Below, one piece after another: positions 12,107-22,298 of a stretch of 64,000 nt of DNA. Origin of the DNA: Marsupella aquatica. Taxonomy: Eukaryota > Plantae > Marchantiophyta. The first letter of the stretch is position 1. Every line of letters starts with the position of its first letter. A program made the position numbers and the translations under genes. The stretch covers positions 17,700,563 through 17,764,562 of the forward strand of contig OZ316894.1 in assembly GCA_973895155.1 (NCBI GenBank), in the 5' to 3' direction. Under the pieces are notes generated by a model. That model did not search any database, had not been told where the DNA came from, and saw only the letters and a program-made list of their open reading frames with translations.

Positions 12107-13246
12107 ATGCTTGGGAGGTGACGTGTGTTCGTGACGGGATTTCATGATGGTTTTTCCAGCGTTGAGTGTTGGTGGATTTTCCAGAGTTCCATCGCATGGA
12201 ACTTGGAGTTTATGGGCTCAACGGATAGATCAGGGCAAGAGCTTTCTAACGGTGTGAAGAAATCGTTGAACGGAGCTCGTGGTGCAGAGAGATCTAAGTT
12301 TTCGTCGTTCTGGATTTTGTGAAGAAAGTTGGCAATCGACTCGGAGGGAGAAGCATCAAGTGTTTTGACTCAACGGAGAGATTGAGGCAAGACGATTGTT
12401 TTTGAGTTCGGGATTGGCTCTTTGATGCAAAGAGGAAGGCTAAGCAAAATCAATTACCTTGTTGGACTTGGTGACGGCACCAAGTGCAATTGATCAACAT
12501 TCGTTGTTGACAAGGTACCATTTTTTTCTCTTTCAAAAACTGATTCGAAATTGGCTATGGCAATTGAGAGAAATCTGTCATCTTTACCAATTTTTTTCTC
12601 TCTCGTTCTTTCCTCGTTTTGGGTGCTTCTTATATCGATCTTCATCGCCTCGGAGTCTAGTTTCCAAATCTGAAATCGGATCTTGATTTCATCAAAACCC
12701 GAGTGAGATATCTTGCGTTTGGTGTCGAGGGGTACATTCTGCCGTGTGTATTTTCTGCGCGCGCGACCAGATTTCGACGACGAAGGGTGGTAGGGGGTTT
12801 TGGGGGTTCGAGGACACATGTCAGCCCCTCGATTGTTCTTCCAAAATTCCCACAGGGCCTGTACAAGGGTCATAGAATATTCCAAAAAACCAGAGAGCTA
12901 TTTTTTGATCGTCCGACAAAGATTTCATCCGCCGAACGATAACTTTTTTGGTTATTTTTCGGCGAGGTCGTAGCCATTGAAGTTGGCAATGCAGCGCACC
13001 AATCACATCGCAATTCCGACAACGGGTTGTACTTGGTATTTCGGTTATTCCCTGAGGTGGTCAAAACGGGGGAGTTTCCCAAGGTTTTACCCACCTCGAC
13101 CGAAATTTGAATAACTTTTCCGTCAAATTTCGATTTTGATTTTGGTTTTCAGTATTGGACTCCTAGCTTTGTGGGCTACGCGGCGATGTTGAGTTTCGAG
13201 TTTTTTGAGAAGTTGTGAAAAACAACATTTTTTGTGACTTTCTCAT

Positions 13247-14281
13247 ATGAGTGATTCGGAGGAGTTTTTTGAAGACGTGGAACTTGAAGCACGAGGATCA
13301 CCGCGGAGGTTTCAGGGGCAGAGAGAGGAGCAGGAGGAAGAGCACGTGACACCGATACCATCACCGGTGCGGCGTGTGGTGGAGGAAGCAGTACTACTAC
13401 CGGAGCTCACGGTAAAGAAGAAGATGGGGACTTTCAAGCTTGGGGGACCCAAGTATGAAGTGACAAAGTATGATGGGCGCTCTGACTACTTGCTATGGGA
13501 GAAGCAGGTGAAGGGAGTGCTTTATGCGTCAGGGATGGGCCAACTGCTGAGCCCTCGTGAAGACGATGTTGATGAGAAACAATGGGACCGCATGCAGGAG
13601 CAGGGAGTGTGGTGTGTTACACTCTATCTCATGCCTCCCATCATCAAGCAGTTAGGTGCACATAAGGATTGCATGTCCTTGTTTGTGGAATTGCAGAGCA
13701 AGTATCACCGCAAGGAGTTGTCGAACCGGCTCTACACTTCCTACAAACTGATGAGTTTCAGGATGAAGGAATCTGGTACGAAGTTGCAAGACCATGTGGA
13801 TGCTTTCAACGACATGGTCGTTGACTTGGAAAACCTTGGGGAGACTTTGAATGATGAGACGAAGGCTCTGCAGCTTCTTAGTTCATTGCCTCCATCTTAC
13901 CAGTCCCTATCACGAGTGTTATTGCATCGTGATAGGGATACCATTTCATACAATGACGTGGTAAGTTCTCTGCTTAGTGATGATCTTCAGCAGAAGATGC
14001 ACATCACGTCACAGCCTTCATCATCTGGTGCTGCCCTCAATGTTAACCGTGGGAGGAGTATGCAGCGACCAACTGGGGACCGTAGAACCCAGTTTAGATC
14101 TAAATCCAGATCTAAGTCCAAGGGTAAATCCCCTCAGAGGAGGCAGGTGACATGTTGGAAGTGCAACCAAGTTGGACACTTCAAGCGAGACTGTAAGGGA
14201 AAGGCAGCGGAAACTTCATCGGCAAATGTGGCTAGGGCTGATGGAGAAGCTGATTTACTCAATGATGAGTATGTTTTATGA
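13247..14281 (+). CDS. gag: Copia Gag (344 aa, open frame ending in TGA)
   Basis: KYDGRSDYLLWEKQVK N-terminal motif, gag core (LLSSLPPSY) and CCHC zinc knuckle CWKCNQVGHFKRDC. Confidence 0.9.
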   Translation: MSDSEEFFEDVELEARGSPRRFQGQREEQEEEHVTPIPSPVRRVVEEAVLLPELTVKKKMGTFKLGGPKYEVTKYDGRSDYLLWEKQVKGVLYASGMGQLLSPREDDVDEKQWDRMQEQGVWCVTLYLMPPIIKQLGAHKDCMSLFVELQSKYHRKELSNRLYTSYKLMSFRMKESGTKLQDHVDAFNDMVVDLENLGETLNDETKALQLLSSLPPSYQSLSRVLLHRDRDTISYNDVVSSLLSDDLQQKMHITSQPSSSGAALNVNRGRSMQRPTGDRRTQFRSKSRSKSKGKSPQRRQVTCWKCNQVGHFKRDCKGKAAETSSANVARADGEADLLNDEYVL

Positions 14282-17200
14282 AGCCGGGGGTATGCCCTGT
14301 GCACGTCATCTAGGAGAGCAGATGATGTGTGGATTCTTGATTGTGCTTGCTCTTTTCATATTTGTTACATTCGTGAGTTTTTTCAGTTCTTACTCTGTTT
14401 CAAACGGTTCAGTTCTGATGGGAAATGATCACTCCTGTCAAATTGAGGGAATTGGGTCTGTGAAGATTCAAATGTTTGATGGCGCTGTGCGCACAGTGTC
14501 CGGAGTCAGGTATGTACCTGGCATGCGTAAGAATTTGATTTCACTTGGTGTGTTGGATTCAAATGGTCATCAATGGAGCGTTATTGATGGTGAACTTCAA
14601 GTCAGGTCGGGAGAGACAGTGATTTTGAAGGGGAGTAGACAAAAGAATTTGTATGTGTTACAAGGCAATACTGTATGTGGAGAGGCCAATGTAACCAAGT
14701 CTCACGAGGAGATGACTCAACTGTGGCATTCACGGCTAGGCCACATGAGTGAGAAGGGTTTGGCTATCTTACGGAAGAATGGACTCATTTCTGATTTGCA
14801 ATCTTGTAAATTAGAGTTTTGTGAGCATTGCATTCTTGGAAAGCAGCGTCGTCGTGCTTTTGGTGTTGGAACTCATCGTTCCAAAGCGGTTCTTGAGTAC
14901 ATACATAGTGACGTGTGGGGTCCATCCCCGACTCCCTCACACTCTGGAAAGTTGTACTATGTATCATTTATTGATGATTACTCAAGATTTGTGTGGATTT
15001 ATTTCATGACGCATAAGTCTGATGTCTTGTCCATTTTTAAGAAGTGGAAGGCCCAGGTGGAGAATCAGACTGGAAACACGATCAAGTGTTTGGATACAAG
15101 GGTGAAGAGTCTGAGGTCAGACAACGGCGGGGAGTACACTTCAATGGAATTTGAAGAGTACTGTTCAGAACAGGGGATAACTCGCCATCTCACCACAGTT
15201 TATACTCCGCAGTAGAATGGTGTCGCTGAGAGGCTCAATCGGACACTGTTGGAGCGGTCACGGAGTATGTTGAGCCAATCAGGTTTACCACAAGAATTTT
15301 GGGCAGAAGCTGTCAATACCGCAGCTTATTTGGTAAATCTTTCTCCTTCTAGTGCTATCAATTTCAAAACGCCGTTTGAGATGCGCTATAAGCGGCAAGC
15401 AGACTATCATGGCTTGGTAATTTTTGGAAGTGATGCATATGCTCTCACACCAAAGCAGAATAGGACCAAGTTGGATCCTACCTCCAGGAAATGTATTTTT
15501 CTTGGGTACCAGAGTGGTGTGAAAGCCTATAGGCTATGGGATCCTATTGCCTGTAAGCTCGTTGTCAGTAGGGATGTTTCCTTCAATGAATCCAGATTAT
15601 TGAAGGAGGGGGAGAATACTCAGGTCTCCCGTACTGACAAAGGAAAATCTCCTATCCCGGATCTCGTTGAGGGGGAGATTGGTTATGAGGTGCATGACCG
15701 GAGAGAAGGAGTTGCTCCAATTATGGAGCTGGTTCCTGTGCCAGAGGAACCAGAGGAGTTTGTTGATGCTGGTGAGCAACAAGTGGATGCTGTTGAGCTT
15801 CAAATTGTACCAGCACACGCAGATCAACCGGAGTCATCGGCTAGAAGAACATCTGGTCGCACTGTACGCGCTCCATCAAGGTATGGACAGTGGGTTGATT
15901 CATCTCAACTGCAAGAGGATGATTTTACAGCTGATGATGAGGGTGATGCGTTAATTTTGGAAGAAGGAGAACCTTCTTCATTTCATGAGGCAAGTGCTTC
16001 AAAAGAGAAGCAGAAGTGGACTGCAGCAATGCAAACGGAGATGCAGTCACTAAAGGACAACAAAACTTGGGAGCTTGTTAAGCTGCCTAAGGGTCAGCAA
16101 GTGGTGGACAGCAAGTGGATTTACAAGCTGAAGGATAATTCCATAGGAGGTGGATCGAAGGTCTACAAGGCTAGATTGGTAGCAAAGGGATTCACACAAG
16201 AGAAAGGTGTGGATTACAATGAGGTCTTCTCACCAGTTGCTAAGTACTCTACAATACGACTATTGTGTGTACTTGTTGTAATGTTTGGTCTGCTCCTAGA
16301 TCAGATGGATGTTGTCACAGCTTTCCTCTATGGCACATTGGAAGAGGTGATCTTCATGAGACAACCGCTAGGTTTTGTGAAGAGAGGACAGAAGGAATTG
16401 GTTTGCAGATTGCTGAAATCCTTGTATGGGTTGAAGCAGTCACCAAGACAGTGGAACAAGCGGTTTGACGATTGGATTCGGTGACAAGGTTTTCACAGAA
16501 GTGTATTTGACCCTTGTGTGTATTTGAAACCGGTGAAGAATGTTGTCTTTGGGTTCATTGTTTTAGTACTTTATGTGGATGACATGCTAATTGCAGCCAA
16601 GGATAGGTCTGAGATTGTTAAGCTCAAGGCACTGCTTAGTGCAGAGTTTAAGATGAAGGACTTAGGGCCAGCTAAGAGGATTTTGGGTATGAAGATCACT
16701 AGGGACTTGGAGGCTGGCAAGCTATGGTTGACGCAAAGCAGTTATGCGAGGAAGGTAATTGCAAGGTTCAACATGGAGAATAGCAAGCCAGTAAGTACCC
16801 CGTTGGCTCCACACTTCAAGTTATCATCAGCGTTCTGTTCTATGGATGACACAGAGAAGGGGTTGATGTCAAAGGTTCCATATGACAAGGCAGTGGGGAG
16901 TCTCATGTATTTGATGACTTGCACTAGACCTGATCTTGCCATGGCTATGGGCAAGGTGAGCAGGTACATGTCGAATCCAGGGAAGGTACACTGGGAAGCA
17001 GTGAAGTGGATTATCAGGTACTTGAAGGGTACCGTGGATCATGGTCTTTTATTTGATGCGAATGCAAAGAATGCTAGATCATTGATTGGCTATGTAGATT
17101 CTGACTATGGACAAGATTTGGACCGAAGGAGATCAACAACAGGATACGTGTTCACACTTGGCGGTGGATGCATAAGTTGGAGGTCTACTTTGCAGAAGTG

Positions 17201-17555
17201 TATTGCTCAGTCTACTACAGAAGCGGAGTATGTTGCAGCTGCGGAAGCAGCAAAGGAAGCGATTTGGTTGGATAGACTTATCACTGAAATGGGATTGCCA
17301 CAGGGGAATGTGAAGCTCCATTGTGATAGTCAAAGTGCGCTCCACCTTGCTGTGAACCAGGTGATGGACAGCAGAGTGAAGCACATTGACGTCAGGTACC
17401 ATTTTATCAGGCAGGCTATGTCTGATAATTTGTTTGAGCTAGTCAAGATTGATGGTAAACTCAACCCGGCTGACGCATTTACCAAAGTGATTCCTTTGGA
17501 GAGTTTCTCTAGACACCGTGACGTATTGCAGGTTTTGCAATTGCATCACAAGTAG
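14282..17555 (+). pseudogene. pol: Copia Pol (protease-integrase-RT-RNaseH), disrupted
   Basis: PR WILDCACSFHIC is in the gag frame, followed by a +1 frameshift in the T6 run 14378-14383. IN: HHCC (LWHSRLGH...CEHC), HSDVWG, LRSDNGGEY and PQ*NGVAER (TAG 15213-15215). RT: KARLVAKG, QMDV, TGA 16482-16484, YVDDML. RNaseH: YVDSDY...STTEAEY...KHID. Confidence 0.93.
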
Positions 17556-17735
17556 AGTTTTCTTAAACATTCATTGTAATTACTGATATATGCTCTTCCT
17601 CATTCCTATGTATTAGGCTACGGCTTAGTTCTGGTTTGCTCTAGTTAGAGAGGGAAACCGGTTTGGTTTCTGTCCAGAACTTCCCGCTGAGGGATCATAT
17701 ACATTGGCAGTATTACTCTCCCCTAGACCAGAGTC

Positions 17736-17745
17736 AAGGGGAAGA
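17736..17745 (+). other. Polypurine tract
   Basis: AAGGGGAAGA lies immediately before the 3' LTR. Confidence 0.85.
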
Positions 17746-17746
17746 T

Positions 17747-18167
17747 TGTTGGGTATTTACTCTTACGTCTAGGTTAGGTATGACGTGGTTGGTACAACAA
17801 CGTGGGTTGGTACAACTACGTGGTTAGGTACAACTACGTGATTAGGTACAACTATGTGGTTAGGTACAACTACGTGATTAGGTACAACTATGTGGTTAGG
17901 TACAACTAAGTTGCACACTATATCATAAGAGGCATGTGTGCTTGGAGAGGTAGAACCAAGGCTCATTGTTATGGAGCCACTTGAGAGATAGGGAGAGCTT
18001 ACACTGTGGAGACTCGGTATAGCCGACGGGCTTAGAGTTCAGTAAAGCTCTCTTGTGTGTTCCCGTGGACGTAGCCTCAAGGAGGTGAACCACGTATCTC
18101 TTGTGTCGACTATTGTGCGTTGGATGGTTCATGGGCTTGCCGTTGCGATCGTCGTCTATGCTCAACA
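17747..18167 (+). repeat. 3' LTR of the copia element (421 bp)
   Basis: Direct repeat of 11672-12092 at offset 6075. Confidence 0.97.
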
Positions 18168-18205
18168 ATCCCAGTAAACTTTATTCCTTTTTCTTTTTCT
18201 AATTG

Positions 18206-18323
18206 TTTTTTTTTGGGAAATCTGTGAAACCCCACATAAAGAGAAGAGTTAGTCACAATAGTTGAACCCAAGATATATCAGTCTCTAGTCAAGAGAGTTA
18301 CCACACAATCATGCTCTCTGGGC
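18206..18323 (-). mobile_element. Short SINE-like element, copy 1
   Basis: The minus strand reads gcccagagagcatg..gtgtggta..gggttcaac..gtggggtttcacagatttcccaaaaaaaaa. It aligns with 53393-53512 and has a B-box-like GTTCAA and an A tail. Confidence 0.65.
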
Positions 18324-18705
18324 AGGTTTAAAGACTTTTATGTGCATCCATCACTAGTTTGCATTTCTATCCAGGCATCACGTCAAATGTTTGTACATCC
18401 CAGCTTCCACTCGGCCTCCACTTCGTTTGGGATATTTATGGTACATTCTATTCTATACATACCAAATTACAAATCACCAGTTTTTAAATTGAAATTGTTT
18501 TTTAAGGAATTTTAGCACAACTTCTGGCACCCTCTGTTTACCCAAGTCACCCCGTATATTTTCCGTTGACACAAGAATGGAACGAAGGAACTCTCTGTCC
18601 AGAGCCCGCACTATCTTGGGAATTGTGATATCGATGAACACTCGTTCGCGGCCCAAGAACAATGTCTGGAGATAATTGCACCTCATGTTGGAACTTTCAA
18701 CAGCA

Positions 18706-18776
18706 TGGACCGGCTAGGAATTGAACCTAGGACCTCCCGTGTACATCGTAGTGCTCTACCACTGAGCTACAGGCCC
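18706..18776 (-). pseudogene. tRNA-Ala-like sequence (pseudo-tRNA or tRNA-derived repeat head)
   Basis: The minus strand reads GGGCCTGTAGCTCAGTGGTAGAGCACTACGATGTACACGGGAGGTCCTAGGTTCAATTCCTAGCCGGTCCA. It has A and B boxes, intact D and T arms, an acceptor stem with G3:U70 and discriminator A, but the anticodon arm does not pair. Confidence 0.75.
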
Positions 18777-21700
18777 TTTGTGGCTGTATCCATTTTCGTT
18801 CGAGTGTGGTTCATTTCCAACACCTCAAAGAGTATTGTGCTAAGTGGCAAGTGTCCATAGGTTGAACGGATTCTTCCTACCAAGATAAACCCCATTGTTT
18901 TCTAAATATCAATGAGAGTTGTTCCTTCTTTATATCTGGCTGCTACTTTTTGATGTGCATTCGTAACCAAGAACCAAAAAAAAACTTTTCCCTCGCCCTC
19001 GAAAGCATGTTTTCCTATAACCATATTCCAGATTGATTCATGTAACGCATTGAATCTTTCGTGATCTAAGAAGAACCTTTAGTACGTTCTGACTGAAGGT
19101 CTTGAAATTCAAAAAAGAATCACATATGAATTTGAAAGCACTCAAAGTTTTACGTAGTATTTTTCACAGGAGCAATTTCAGTGTACGATTCTGGCAAATT
19201 GAAATTCTCCTAGAATATAATCATTGCTTTGGAGAGACATGGAATTAAAAAGTTAGGATGGGATCTCCATCAAACCTTTGCAGTTTGATGGAATTTTATT
19301 CTATTTTTTGTATGAAAGTCGAGCATTTTTCTTACATCATAGTTAGAATACCTGTTTCCATAATCCCCTGCAAGCTTAAAGAATCCTATCCCAGCAAAAT
19401 GCTTGGGACAAAAATCCCGTCAGAGCTTATAGCTGGAGGTTTTGACAATCAACAACTATAATAAAGGATCCCTCAAAATTTTGTTTACAAATTGAAGAGG
19501 GAGGGAACAAGCTATTACTATCGGATATTGCAATCTATTTATTGCAATATTTTTGACACCCTTGGATTGACTGAAAGGGGATATCCAATGGAGCCAGTGT
19601 TTATGACACACTTGGATTGACTGAAAAGGGATACCCTTGAATGGATATACGTGCTTCTACAATAGGTAGGGACAAGGTACATGTGCTGGCTGAGCACTTT
19701 CTAGCATAGAGCCACTACATGGGAAATCGGAAGTACAATGGTATGAGAGCTATTTTGGCTTTTTGCTATGGAAGAGGGCAATTTTCTTTTTCGTTTGGAT
19801 AATATTCTATTTTACTCCATGTTTTATTTTCTCTTTTTAAATCCTGTAGCAGGGAAGGGGAGTGCCAGAGAGGGCAAGCTAAGAGCAAGGAATATATATT
19901 TCAAAGTGCCAAAAAGCACAAACACCAAACCGGGAGACAGGGTCCCAAAGGCAGAGCAACCCAATAAAGGGAAAGTTGAAAAGGGAAGGGCTCCAAGAAG
20001 AGCCAAGAGGCCAAAGAAGGCAAGAAGTCCCCCACCACAACCAAAGATCCACGACAAAAACTAAGAGCCCCCAAAATGGGGCAGGGGACACAGTGGAAAG
20101 ATAAGGGGCAAATAGAACAATGTTCTCTCTCCACTTAGTGTAGAACAACCATGCTTGTCCCTGCAATGCCCTGCCCCCTGTCCCCCACCTTATGTAAAGC
20201 ATTGATTAATGTAACTACTTTATCAAACACAAGTTATCATATCCTATTCAAGAATATTGAAACAATAATCTAAAAAATGGAAGGGAAGAAAGCATATTAT
20301 TAAAGTGAAGCCATGTACATTACAGTCTGGGTGAAAGACTTAAGTAATTAAGTTGAATGTAGTTCGGAGAATTGGACTCTTGGACCGTATCATGGAATTC
20401 TCATGAAAAGAAGGAGGAGTGCATATAACATAAATGATAAATTAATAACATCTAATAAAAAAGAAGGAATTCAAAAAAGAGGATTGGAAGAACTAAATCC
20501 AGCAAAATACAAAGTAAAAGCATAAAATAGACCAGATTAACATAAAAACAGCAATCCCAAGAAGACAAGATAACTTAAAGTGTGTCCCCACCATATATAG
20601 CAGCATCAAAAGAATCAGTGATTTGGATCTTTACTATTAGTATCTTTATTTTAGCATTTAAGTTTTGTACGTATTGATAACCAATGATTGTTCTTGAGCC
20701 AAAAAATAGTTTGCATAGAAATAGCTACAGTTCGAAGGAGGCAAAGTGATCATACCCCCCAGACGATGCAAAGAACTAAGGTGAAGTGGGCATTTAATCT
20801 TTCTTGACTTTATTATCATCTCGTTTGTGTATTATGGCAGTGTCACTCACGACCGTAGTCTGAGCTAAAACGAGTGGCAGACTTTACTTGGCATCGAATT
20901 ATGCAAATGCAAATACTATTCTTTTGCATATAATGTTGGTACCCACGGTCGGAGTAGCAGGGGCGTGATTTACTAGTACAGCAGAAGAGATTAAGTGAAG
21001 AACTCCAGATTCGAAATATGGGAAAGTCTCTTCCTTCGCCACCCCCATGGCGATGATCAGTGGGGTTAGCTTCCTCGCTCTATCACCTCATACCATTGGG
21101 TCTCTCAATGATATGAAACGAGAGATTCTGTGGATCCAGGAAACTTTCATCACCTGTCTTCTGCTCGACACCTTTCGTGGTTCCTTAAGTTTAGGACTTT
21201 AGTGACAGATTGAGTCCAAGAACCTTGACGGTGGATAATTTTGAAAACAGACCAATAGATTTATTTTGGATTGGAATGGAATTGCACAGGAGGCCTGTTG
21301 AAAATTGTGCCTCATTCTCAGCCATGTTGGACCTGCCCAGAGTATTTAAATTGTTTGGTATCATTCTTTTTCGCGTTGAAGAATAACTGAATCTCTAATG
21401 ATAGACCTGTAGAGCACAACCATTGAAACGGCCACAAGTAGAACTGTGAAATGTGCCTAATGCTAACAGCACACAACAATTAGTTATGGCTTGCTTTATA
21501 ATAATAGCGATTTAGGAGGTACATATCACCATAGTTTGTCATAGGAAATGAAAAAATCCATAAACGAACTATCGAACGCCCTAATATAATATTTGGTAGA
21601 GAGATGTTGATATTCAATTCAAATTCTTCTAGACCTGTGTCTCATACACCGACATGCCAAACCAGCAAATGCGTTGGTGACAGAAAAATCCTCTGTCCAA

Positions 21701-22298
21701 ACAAGAAGTGCTGTTGAAAACAGGTTCGATAAGGCCAGGGCAACCACATGACTTCCATCCCCGACAACCGTGTTCCCTTCCAAAATGCTGGCACGAAATG
21801 CTGTAAACCCACCAAACCATTGTAGCTACGGATTCTACCAATGAAATTCCAAAGAGATAAGATATCTGTGAGAAACATCAGCATGTCAAACATTGAGAAC
21901 AAAGAGACAATGTACTTTTCCAGGACAAACACACAACTAATTAGCTCGGATTTTAGTGATAGTCTACATGACTTGATCAGCCGTGAGAAAGTCCATCGAG
22001 TCAAACACCTACTTGGTATACGGTTAGAGAAATAAAAACTAACCTTGGATCCAGTACAGTCCTCAGGCCCGTTTTTCGTGCACACAGAAAACTGCTACCA
22101 GTGCTGGAAAAAATGTTCGGGCTATCCGTACAAGAATGTTTAACCACTTGAGCAAAGTGAGGCACACAGCTTCACTGGAAGTTTCACCTTGGGGTGATGT
22201 AATGGTTGGACAGTGAGGTTCATATCCTGCCTCAGCATTTAATAAATTGGGATGAATTATCTTCCATAGTCCTAATGTACGAGTTGTGGCTTCTGAAC

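Larger units (their letters stand above)
11672..18167 (+). mobile_element. Full-length Ty1/copia LTR retrotransposon (~6.5 kb), coding region disrupted
   Basis: Two 421-bp LTRs (TGTTG...CAACA), a Met-i PBS and a PPT. The internal domain order gag-PR-IN-RT-RH is diagnostic of copia. Confidence 0.97.

Noticed and set aside
12454-12885. 143-aa antisense ORF in the copia 5' leader as an extra gene
   Set aside because: No motif support, and a single copy cannot show conservation.
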